Assembly (NCBI RefSeq): GCF_006345805.1
Contig: NC_043002.1
Location: 10,354,001-10,418,000, forward strand
Length of the DNA stretch: 64,000 bases
Reading direction: 5' to 3'
Origin: Octopus sinensis
Taxonomy: Eukaryota
Below are positions 49,850-61,157 of the stretch, piece after piece (within the stretch, counting starts at the first letter, position 1; each line of letters starts with the position of its first letter). A program made the translations under genes and the position numbers. A model generated the notes under the pieces. The model did not search any database. It was not told the DNA's origin and saw only the letters and a program-made list of their open reading frames with translations.

Positions 49850-50240
49850 AGAAAGAAGAAAGGTAACAAAGAAATAGGACAATTGAACGAAAGGTAGAAA
49901 AATAAGTGTAACCCCCAGCCTAAAACTGAATGGTAAAGTACAAGAGAGTTTGCCTGAATAGGTCAGCAGGCAAGCAAGAACAGGATCGGCGACAGGGGAG
50001 TATGTTGTGACCAAAAGGAGAGAGAAGAGAGAGAAAAGGAGTACCGAAGGGCAGAGAGTAGGGAAGAGGAAAGTGTCGTGCAAAGAGGAAGGAGAGTAAG
50101 AGGGGTCGAAGAAGAGTAGAGAAAGTTAGAGAGGGAGAGATAGGATGAAAAACCAATTGGAGACTGGGTTTTTAGGGCGCAAAACAAGACTAGTTCGCTA
50201 ACGGACATATAACGTGACGGACTTGAATTTTTACCAGGTG
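49850..50240 (-). mobile_element. 3' end/UTR of a Tx1/L1-like LINE
   Basis: Pyrimidine-rich minus-strand segment. 49960-50095 matches the insert at 47060-47200. Confidence 0.55.
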
Positions 50241-51570
50241 CTCTACAATAAACAAGCTCAAGGATTAAATTTCCAAAATCCGAAACTTGGAATTATTAAC
50301 CAAATATTTTTACTAGCATTCATAGCGTAATTACTTTTGAAGGTGTTATATTTACTTTTAGATCGGTAATAGGGGAATAAATAAGGGTTATCTGCCTTCA
50401 TTCGCTTTGTATCAGTGCGTAAGTTATGTTTGTTATCAATAATTCTTTACGACTAGAAATCTTATCTACATTATTGAATTTACAATTAGACTGAGCAGAA
50501 TCAATGTAGAAAATTTTTTCTGTATAACCTGCTTTGATTAAGGCAGAGTTATAGAATTCAGCGTTATTATTATTACGGGAGACAAATTAAATCTAATCTC
50601 CCACTGCTGTTTCGTCAAGCTATTGCTAGGAATTTTCCAAATAATTCTAGATATTACTCTATAATTAATTCACATAAGGTTAGGATATGTTTTTCAAACA
50701 CAAAAAATCTCTTGCAAATTATATCTTCTCATAATAACAAACTGTTAAATATTAATACATTTACTAATACTAACGTTAATTTAGCTACTACCATCCAACC
50801 CTCTTGAAATATTAATAACAAGGTTATTGTATCTGAAGTCAATCCCAATAGAATTAAATTTATGTCAAGTAACTCTAAGATTAAAAATTCTATATACCAG
50901 TGTATAATCAGTACTCGTAATAAAGTACGATTTTACATTGGAAGCACATCGTTAGAGTTATCTAAGAGAATTTCTATCCATTACTCAACATTTAGGGATA
51001 GAAATAAACGGAATAGTACCGGTCTCAGCAAACTGATTTGGGATTTAAAAGACCACAATGAACAATTTCATTTAGAATGGTTGATCCTCTCAATTTCGAT
51101 ACCATATGACAAAGGCAAGAAATTCTGTCTTCTCTGCAATTCTGAGCTATTTTTCATTATTTTTTCTAAAAATACTCTAGTAAACACGGTTATAGAACGA
51201 GCATACAGATGTAAGCATTGGCAGAAACATACTTTTAGTGCATATAAGTAGTCTCTATCATTATATATAGTTTAGACTTTAATTTCCTTTATATTTAACA
51301 TTCACTATTAATATCCCTACTCTTTCTGTTAGCTACTTATGACGTTATATCATATAACGTTTTTTTAAACAATATTAATAGCGTTCTGTCTATCGCTATA
51401 CGAATCCATCATTTTTTGCTAAAATGTCGTATTGACAAGTTTCGTTTTTTCACTTTCCCGAAGAGAAGATTGCATTGTTTATACCTTTTATTCTTTTGAA
51501 TAAGTATCAGTGGAATTTTTGAAACATATGTAGAAAGTAAAAATACTTGTTTAAACCTGCGTTAACTCCA
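50240..51570 (+). mobile_element. Penelope-like element 3' part: linker, GIY-YIG endonuclease and pseudo-LTR
   Basis: FRQAIARNFPNNSRYYSIINSHKVRICFSNTKNLLQIISSHN, then ORF 50862-51251 SIYQC...FYIGST...H...STGLSKLIWDLK...PY...CLLCNSE...RCKH. Ends at (TA)n. Confidence 0.9.
51452..51538 (+). ncRNA. Type I hammerhead ribozyme (CCGAAGA core variant), enlarged stem II
   Basis: Stem I ACTTTC/GAAAGT; core CCGAAGA 51458-64; stem II GAAGATTGCATTG/CAGTGGAATTTTT (12 of 13 pairs, three G.U); GAAAC 51521-25; stem III AC-ATAT-GT; GTA 51530-32. Lies 200 nt downstream of the GIY-YIG stop, in sense. Confidence 0.75.
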
Positions 51571-51577
51571 TTTTTTA

Positions 51578-51617
<40 letters not shown>

Positions 51618-52108
51618 GGCTTTTTCGTTCGTCCTCTTGTGTTTGTTTTTGTACATGTATTTTAATTTTGCAGTCTTATTGTTACGTCTTGTTTGTGTTC
51701 GTACTCATTTTGCCCCGCTGCTTGGAATTTTATTTTAATTCTCTCGCAGAAGGCCTATTGGATTAGTGTTCTGTTATGCCTTCGAAACATGCCTGACTCC
51801 TCTAGCGACAGCTGATGACGGGGGTTTTGTCCTTGTGTAGCTCGTCCTGTATTAGTTTCTCGTTTTCTTGTTTTTCGTTTTCCGTTTTCTTTTTTTTTTG
51901 TATTTTGGCTTTTTCCGTTTCTACGTCTTATTGTGATGTCCTGTACTCCCGTATAATTATTTATATATGCATGTATATATACATGTAGATGTAGGTACGT
52001 ACATATATGTTTGTATGTATGCATATATTTTTATTTATCTCCTATATATATATATATATATACACATATATGTATATGTATATATATATATCTGATACAT
52101 ATATATAT

Positions 52109-52151
<43 letters not shown>

Positions 52152-52202
52152 TAAACATATATACATGTCTATATACGCATACATGAGTATAAATACATGT
52201 CT

Positions 52203-52668
52203 ACTAGGTCTGATCAATAAGTATCCGGACTGCTGCTATAGTAACGAAGCTAAAGCACGCAGTGCAATGCAGCTTGCCACAAATTGACCTTGAACTCAGC
52301 TGTGCATGTACACTAATTTCAACGTTGTAGCTCATTTCCGCTGTTTACGGCAGTGCTTGGAAGGAAGATGTGTAGCGTGTGACCATCGCATTCACCATGA
52401 CAGAGAAACTTGTCATGGTGATACATGCTTACGCAAAGTTGCAGAAAGTGTATGGAGATGAGTGTATGCACCGCACACAAGGGTACGAGTGGTTCAGACG
52501 TTTCCAAGATGACTGAAAAGTGTTGATATTAACGAACATTCTAGGAGACACATTTAGTGCTCATGCACAGCAGAGTTTAAGGTCAATATATGCCATCCGA
52601 TTTCACTCCGCGAGCTTTAGCTTCGTTACTATAGCAACAGTCCAGATACCTATTGATGAGACACTTAT
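52203..52668 (+). mobile_element. Internally deleted mariner element (MITE-like) with long TIRs
   Basis: TIRs 52204-52257 and 52614-52667, a second inverted block at 52280-52316 and 52553-52588, and internal AYAKLQKVYGDECM..TQGYEWFRRFQD (mariner HTH). Confidence 0.85.
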
Positions 52669-52694
52669 ATATATATATATGTGTGTTTGCGTGT

Positions 52695-52739
<45 letters not shown>

Positions 52740-53091
52740 CACACACATACATACACATACACATACACAAGTGGACGGCCATAAATATATAAAGGCATGC
52801 ACATACATACACAAATGTATTTTATATCACATTTTATCATATTTATACGTACGCACGTCAGACTAAAAACAAAAAAGACAGTCCGAATTTTCCTTTTACA
52901 AGACAATATTCTACAATACATTTGCAGAACTAGTGCTGATTCCAACATTTGGGGTACTTGTCTGTAGAAGCAATCCTCTTCATAGACATTAAAACCCGCA
53001 AGCTTCTAACATCAACTGGAAATCTCCACAAAAATCGTGATGCCGACAAAAATCGTGATGCCTCTACTTAAGAAGTTATAGGAGGAGGAGA

Positions 53092-53473
53092 GGAAGCACT
53101 CCGTCGGTTACGACAACGAGGGTTCCGGTTGATCCGAATCAACGGAACAGCCTGATCGTGAAATTAACGTGTAAGTGGCTGGGCACTCCACAGACACGTG
53201 TACCCTTAACGTAGTTCTCGGAGATATTCAGCGTGACACAGAGAGTGACAAGGCCGGCCCTTGAAATACAGGTACAACAGAAACAGGAAGTAAGAGTGAG
53301 AGAAAGTTGTGGTGAAAGAGTACAGCAGAGATCACCACCAGCCCCTGCCGGAGCCTCGTAGAGCTTTAGGTGTTTTCGCTCAATAAACACTCACAGCGCC
53401 CGGTCTGGGAATCGAAACCGCGATCCTATGACCGCGAGTCCGCTGCCCTAACCACTGGGCCATTGCGCCTCCA
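53092..53473 (-). mobile_element. SINE family C, full length
   Basis: Near-identical to the other family C copies. Confidence 0.92.
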
Positions 53474-53559
53474 CTAAGAAGTTATAAGGGAGGTATGGGC
53501 TGGAGATTAGTGCAGGCAGCCTTCGAATGTCCCATAGTCTCTGTCAGACAGCACTTGCT

Positions 53560-54530
53560 AAACAACAGTATCAAAAATAAATACATTAACTTTGCGTTGA
53601 AAAGTTAAGAAAACAGTATCCTGCGTGTTTGATATGAGCTCCTCAGGAAGTACTCTCTCCGTGATGATCTCCCTTACATCCCCAAATCAGCAGAACTAAG
53701 TGAAACGCTCAGCATACCAAGAAAAATAAGACCATGCATGCGTGTTTCCCGTAGACGTGAAGAAGATAGTAACATTGACGTAAAGCGAAGCCTCTCTTGG
53801 ATGCGTGACCGTTACTTCACATCACGCGGCGAAGGTTATGCATTTGCAATCCAAGAACAGGAGATTGCAAAAAAGTACCTAATCAATAAAAGATACAGTG
53901 AAGCTCTTGGAGTTTCAAGATGCAACCGTAAAATGTAGATTATGTCCTATTACTGTATAAGACATCAGATATGTAATTAGCAGCTAACCAAAAATGTCAT
54001 CAAAGTACCACCTCCCTATGTGACATGACGTTGTCGCAAAGACAATATACAATGCCATTCGGAAAAAAAATATAGTACCATGGAATAAATACAGAGAATC
54101 CCGTTTTTATTGAATATGTACACAGATACCGACAGAAGTAATACTAGTGGAACATTCCCGTCAAAGCATTTGTCAAGGGTAAGCATAACAGGCTCGATAT
54201 TGTCATTTGGGACAGACAAGAAAATGCATGTACCACCATAGAGGTCAGCTGTCTTGCTGATGTGAATATCTCTTTGAAAATAAAAGAGAAAGCGAATAAC
54301 TATGGACAACTACTTTGAAACCTCTAGCTTCTATATTCAAATTATCAATTTACATTTATACCAGTAATAATTGGAGCACTTAGTTTTATAAGTAAATGCC
54401 CAGCTGTCAGTCTAGATAATTTTGGATTTTCAGAAAAAGAAATCAACCAACTGATTCACGCTTTACAAATACAATTTTTAAGCGAAACAGTAAAACTATG
54501 CAAGACACTTCTCAAGTTTAAAATCTAACG
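53560..54530 (+). mobile_element. 3' part of another R4-like REL retrotransposon (lineage F), decayed
   Basis: SLSWMRDRYFTSRGEGYAFAIQEQEIA, ISS.PKMSSKYHLPM.HDVVAK, HNRLDIVIWD, IEVSC.ADVNI and FIPVIIGAL. Confidence 0.8.
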
Positions 54531-55090
54531 TTCTTTTCGTTATCTACATTCCAAAGATAGAGCTGTGTATCTTTATTAGAAACCAGCACCTTCCTCGAAG
54601 AAAGACTTTAAATGATTGAATACAGAAGAGGCATACATACCTTTATTGCATTAGGAACAGGGATTCAACGCAGCAAAGCTCTCCACATTTGATCCGAATA
54701 TCAAGAAAGCCAGTTGTGGTGACCAGGGTGTACGAATAACTTTGCAGTCCTTCCTAAAATGCAGAAATCACAATGTTAGCGAGGATATAATTATCAACGA
54801 AAATAAGGGAAGTCTGAGATGAAATGTTTATTCCATTTTATCACAGCTGTTTTGCAATCTATATCCAATAACATTAGGACGCTAAAACGACCAACACACA
54901 CACACCTACGCATGCGCGCGCGCACACGCATATACACCCCCACATATACACATATACATACAGAAAAAAATACATACATATATATATATTATTTAATATA
55001 TAATTAATAACATGATATATAATATGTAATATATATATATATATATACATATATATAATTAATAACATAATATATAATATGTAAGATATA

Positions 55091-55137
<47 letters not shown>

Positions 55138-55203
55138 ATGGCGTTAACCATACGACAAAGTGGGGTGATTACCGATATATTGATCCATTCTTGTTGCTTT
55201 TTT

Positions 55204-55272
<69 letters not shown>

Positions 55273-55852
55273 ATTTAATTTTACTGTAACATAATGATTC
55301 ACATTTCTCATCAGAGCATTTCGAAAGCAGTAAACAACTAACTCTGAAAAATTTAGCTAATTGTCTCATTAAACAGCATCAGCCTTGAGAAGCATTTGTT
55401 ACGCTTCCACACTTCGCAGAAAATAGAATATCCATGATTAAAAACGAAAGTAAGTTGAGAAATAGAATCAGAAAATAAATACAATAAAAACTAAAAAAAA
55501 AAAAAAACAGTAATTACTAATCAATTTCTTAACCAAAATTTAGCTGTAGATTACCATAGGATATAAAATGAAATAGAATATAATATAATGTCACTTTAAA
55601 GAGTGAGATTAAAAAATAAAATATGTACAGTAAATTAAGATGAAATAAAAATAAACGCGAGAAGTTAAAAAGCAGAGTGTTTACCAGACAAAAGAAACAA
55701 AAAGGCTTTTTTTTTTATATAGTTATGGGTCACCAGGTACACATATTTCAAATGAACGTAAACAAGAGTTGGCCAAAATGTCATGCTCGGGTAGTTTCGA
55801 AGAATAGATATATTTGTCTCTATGACTGGCACACATGTTTACGCGTAGACGT

Positions 55853-56231
55853 GGAGGCGCAATGGCCCAGTGGTTAAGGCAGCGGACTCGCGGTCATAGG
55901 ATCGCGGTTTCGATTCCCAGACCGGGCGTTGTGAGTGTTTATTGAGCGAAAACACCTAAAGCTCCACGAGGCTCCGGCAGGGGATGGTGGTGATCCCTGC
56001 TGTACTCTTTCACCACAACTTTCTCTCACTCTTACTTCCTGTTTCTGTTGTACCTGTATTTCAAAGGGCTGGCCTTGTCACTCTCTGTGTCACGCTGAAT
56101 ATCCCCGAGAACTACGTTAAGGGTACACGTGTCTGTGGAGTGCTCAGCCACTTACACGTTAATTTCACGAGCAGGCTGTTCCGTTGATTCGGATCAACCG
56201 GAACCCTCGTCGTCGTAACCGACGGAGTGCT
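55853..56231 (+). mobile_element. SINE family C, full length
   Basis: Complete head and body. Confidence 0.92.
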
Positions 56232-56277
56232 CCTTCCTTACACGTAGACACACTTTCACACACATATAAATAAAATA

Positions 56278-56528
56278 AATGCGCCCTTTTCAAAGCCTAA
56301 CCAGACTCATGGGCCCGGTTTTCCGGTTTCTATGACGTATGTGTTCCCCAGCTGAATGGGAGGCCAGTCCATCGCAGCGTTACTCATTTTTGCCAGCTGA
56401 GTGAACTGGAGCAACGGGAAATGAAGTGTTTTGCTCAAGAATACAACGCGACGCCCGGTCTAGGAATCGAAACCACAATCTTACGATCATGTTGCTGACA
56501 CCCTAACCACTAAGCCACGCGCCTTCAC
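56278..56528 (-). mobile_element. SINE family D
   Basis: Reverse-complement match to 43813-44082. Confidence 0.8.
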
Positions 56529-56798
56529 CTCACACACATATAGTATATTATAATTACGCATCATCAAATATTCACACTTATACATACACACATACAATTC
56601 CTAAAGATGTCATCCCGGCTAAAAGCAACCAAGAAATTCATATACATAGATGCATATACATGCACATACACACACGTATATACATATATACAATAATGCA
56701 TATACAAATATCTATATCACATGCGTGCGTATATATATGCGTCGCATGTGTTTCGTATTTTACAGACAAATACTATTTCAAACGCAGTGCAACCGTCT

Positions 56799-56896
<98 letters not shown>

Positions 56897-56924
56897 GAAT
56901 AATATATGTATATATATATAAGAC

Positions 56925-56988
56925 TATTAGCTCGGGTCGACCAAAGTATTGAGAGTGGATTTGGTAGACGAAAATTGAAAGAAACCCG

Positions 56989-57044
<56 letters not shown>

Positions 57045-57600
57045 GTATATACACATACACATACATACATACATACATACATACATACATACATACATAC
57101 ATACATACATACATGTGTGTGTGTTTGTCCTTATTTCTTCCCCAACCATCACTTGACTACCGATGCTGGTGTTTACGTCCCGTAACTTAGCGGTTCGGCA
57201 AAACAGACCGAAAGAATAAGTACTCTGCTTATAAAAAACATATTTAAATTCAAGAACTGAACTTGCTCGATAACGTTCACACGTCACAAAATACCTGCTA
57301 CGCTTTTGCCCCCCACCCCACCCAAGATCACAGCTAGAATCCACATTTCTACTCCATTCCGGCACAAGCTTTCCCATGTTTCAACTTCCGTTAATTTTTA
57401 ATTTTCCATTGTATATATATTTCTTTTTCATTTTAGCCTTTTTCCTTTTAAGTTTGAGTACGTACGTGTGTGGCTATATGTATGCATACTCTTACTCTTT
57501 ACTCTTTTACTTGTTTCAGTCATTTGACTGTGGCCATGCTGGAGCACCGCCTTTAGTCGAGCAAACCAACTCCGGGACTTATTCTTTGTAAGCCCAGTAC
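56925..57600. mobile_element. SINE family A fragments (56925-57230 plus; 57490-57600 minus)
   Basis: GAGTGGATTTGGTAGACG...CTTAGCGGTTCGGCAAAACAGACCG and the inverted tail TTACTTGTTTCAGTCATTTGACTG. Confidence 0.75.
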
Positions 57601-57807
57601 TTGTGTTGTTATTGGATTTCATTTGGCCATTAAGATTATATTCCTATCATAAAATCTATTATTAACATTCATGCTATTATTATTATTATTATTAAAGTGA
57701 CCACTATTATTAATAATATCCCACGCAGTAGCCATATTGGTTTCAAATTCTTGTACAAGACCAGCCATTTCGGGAGTGTATGTAAGACAATTATATTGGC
57801 CAACAGT

Positions 57808-58039
57808 AAGGCGGCGAGCTGGCAGAAACTTTAGCACGCCGGGCGAAATGCTTAGCGGTATTTCGTCTGCGTTACGTTGTGAGTTCAAATTACGCCGAGG
57901 TCGACTTTGCCTTTCATCCTTTCGGGGTCGATAAATTAAGTACCAGTTACGCACTGGGGTCGATGTAATCGACTTAATCCGTTTGTCCGTCCTTGTTTTT
58001 CCCCTCTGTGTTTAGCCCCTTGTGGGCAGTAAAGAAATA
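57808..58039 (+). mobile_element. SINE family B with 16-bp target-site duplication
   Basis: TATATTGGCCAACAGT at 57792-57807 and 58040-58055. Confidence 0.92.
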
Positions 58040-59139
58040 TATATTGGCCAACAGTGCTCAACTGGTACTAATTTTATCGATTCGACAGAATGAAAGGCAA
58101 AGTAGACAACTTAGTAATCATGTTACAATTTGCCTACGTTCCCATACTGAACTATCTCCACATTCAATACGGCAAACATACATTTTAGGATTGTTATATA
58201 TACGAACGCTATTAAAACATAAGTCTCTATGGTATCCTAGAAAGTACATGATAGGTAAAATGATAGATAGATAGATAGATAGATAGACAGACAAACAGAT
58301 GGATATATGTATATTGATAGATAGATAGATACATAGATAGATGGTAGATATATAGCTAGCTAGCTAGATAGATGAATAGATGGACATGCACTCAGACAAA
58401 GGCAAATATTTACATACAAAAACAGAAAATACAGTTAGTTTAGATATTGTACTTCAGTTTATTTTCTTTACCAATAAAATCAAATCAAGATACTACTAGA
58501 TATCTTCATTTTAGACCCGTTTCTGAATTTATGCATTAAATAAATAAAGATTGATGAATAGATTCAATTTTTTAGAACTGTGTCTTAGCTATGATTCAAA
58601 CCATTAAAGCAAATATTTCCTACACATTTCTTAAAAAATAAAAACTGATAACGGTTTACTTACGCATGCGAAAAGGAGAGAGCTGCGAAGAAACTTGAAA
58701 GAATGACGAATGTGAAAACGATGCGTATTTATTTAATGTAACACCAGCGATGCTGGTAAACAGCTGGTGACAATAAATCACAGTTTTTATTATCCCATTA
58801 TTGAATGGTATAATAACGACAAGTCATCAAAAACAAGCTGACAACTAAAGGTTTCTTTTATGACTCGTAGAGAATTGGAAACAATCGTTTCTACTTCTGC
58901 ACCTGAATTAAATAAATAATTAGTTGTATGAATAGTTGCATCATGCTTTAATTTGGTTCTCTGTGTATTAAACACTTCTTTCGCTCACTTTTCGCTTTGT
59001 ATTTTTCTGCTGTTATAAATGACTAAAATACGTGAAGTGTTGTTTTTCTCTAAAAGAAAAAAAGTTTGCACCCATCCGCTCAACATAATGGATAATATCG
59101 TAGACAGACAGTCAGACAAACAGATAGATAGATAGAGAG

Positions 59140-59163
59140 AAAGAGATAAGTAAATAGACAGAC

Positions 59164-59219
<56 letters not shown>

Positions 59220-59300
59220 GGATGGTTAGATGGATGGATAGATGGATAAATAGATAGATAGACAGATGGATGGATAGATAGATGGATGGATAGATAGGTG

Positions 59301-59334
<34 letters not shown>

Positions 59335-59663
59335 ATGTTTCTTTATTAGCCACACAGGGCTGCACACAGATAGAACAAATTACAAGGTAGAGCTTTTCTT
59401 TTGAAGGTTTAAAAAAAAAGGGGGGGGGGAGTCTCGATCAAAAGGGATCTTAAAAGGAGAGAAAGAGGACAAAAAAGGGGGGGTTAAAAAAGGGGGAGAG
59501 GAAAAAAATGATCAATAGGGATCGTTATCACAGAAATGTCAATATGAAGTGTAAAGGGGAGGACAGATGAGGTTTACCCGTGGAAAGAAAAGCCTACGGA
59601 AAAGACCACGGTAACCTCGGTCAATGAAGTCACATTTTATATTTCTTTTTTTTTTTTAGATAG

Positions 59664-59748
<85 letters not shown>

Positions 59749-60138
59749 GAGATGGATGGATAGATAGATGGATAGATGGATAGATAGATAGGTGGATAGA
59801 TGGATAGATATGTTTCTTTATTAGCCACACAGGCTGCACACAGATAGAACAAATTACAAGGTAGAGCTTTTCTTTTGAAGGTTAAAAAAAAAAGGGGGGG
59901 GAGTCTCGATCAAAAGGGATCTTAAAAGGAGAGAAAGAGGACAAAAAAGGGGGGGTTAAAAAAGGGGGAGAGGAAAAAAAAAATGATCAATAGGGATCGT
60001 TATCACAGAAATGTCAATATGAAGTGTAAAGGGGAGGACAGATGAGGTTTACCCGTGGAAAGAAAAGCCTACGGAAAAGACCACGGTAACCTCGGTCAAT
60101 GAAGTCACATTTTATATTTCTTTTTTTTTTTTAGATAG

Positions 60139-60223
<85 letters not shown>

Positions 60224-60482
60224 GAGATGGATGGATAGATAGATGGATAGATGGATAGATAGATAGGTGGATAGATGGATAGATATGTTTCTTTATTAGC
60301 CACACAGGGCTGCACACAGATAGAACAAATTACAAGGTAGAGCTTTTCTTTTGAAGGTTAAAAAAAAAGGAAGGGGGAGTTTCGATCAAAAGGGATCGTA
60401 AAAGGAGAGAAATGGATAGATAGATAGATGGATAGATAGATAGATATATGGATAAATGGAAAGATAGATAGATGGATAGATG

Positions 60483-60561
<79 letters not shown>

Positions 60562-60780
60562 GGATAGATAGATGGATAGATGGACAGATGGATGGATAGA
60601 TAGATGGATAGATGGATAGATAGATGGATAAATAGATAAATGGATGAATAGATAGATGGATAGATGATAGATACATGGATAGATGGATAGATAGATGGAT
60701 AGATAGATAAATGGATAGATAGATAGATGGATGGATAGATAGATGGATAGATATATGGATTAATAGACAGACAGACTGAC
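59140..60780 (-). repeat. (GATA)n array containing three tandem copies of a LINE-like 3' end (period ~475 bp)
   Basis: Units at ~59333-59658, 59808-60133 and a partial unit at 60283-60410. The minus strand ends ...CTGTGTGGCTAATAAAGAAACA then (TATC)n. Confidence 0.85.
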
Positions 60781-60795
60781 AGACAGATAGATATA

Positions 60796-61110
60796 CAGGA
60801 TGCGTCAGTTTTTTCTTTGTTTTTTTTTTTGGTGGGGAGGGGGTTAGTGCATCACCTTGAAGAATTCTAAATTTCTCATTTATTTTTAAGTTTAGTTTTC
60901 GTATAAATAATGTCGGATATCATGTTGATACAGGAAATAAAAAAGGCACGCTGTAATCGTCATAAAAGCGTAGCATAGCAACGCAGAGATAGCTCGCTTC
61001 CGATAAGTTGTCCGATCTGTCTTTGTCAAATTTCGAAAGATGCTGGAAGCTGGTGACGGGAATACAACATCAGAAGCTAAAAGCATCAGCAGCTAAATGC
61101 GGCATCTATA
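60796..61110 (+). mobile_element. Tc1/mariner (maT-like) 5' fragment
   Basis: MLIQEIK-RHAVIVIKA*HSNAEIARFR*VVRSVFVKFRK resembles the N-terminal HTH of DD37D transposases. A CAGG-type end follows TA. Confidence 0.55.
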
Positions 61111-61157
61111 ATAATAATAATAATAATAATAGTAATAATAATAATAATGATAATAAT

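Noticed and set aside
51740-51860. GAAGGC...GCCTTC-GAAAC and a nearby CTGATGA
   Set aside because: There is no NUH cleavage site with compatible stems in any permutation. At most it is a decayed PLE end.
55853-55925. tRNA-like sequences at SINE heads
   Set aside because: A and B boxes are present but there is no complete cloverleaf, and each continues into a SINE body. They are not tRNA genes.
57619-57807. Protein-looking minus-strand stretch VGQYNCLTYTPEMAGLVQEFETNMATAWD
   Set aside because: No recognisable motif or splice sites. Its upstream part is a SINE and another frame is equally open.
58650-58760. Minus-strand GTAAGT donor near 58657-58662 as a possible 5' UTR exon of the host gene
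   Set aside because: A lone donor 21 kb upstream with no other support cannot be linked to the gene from sequence alone.
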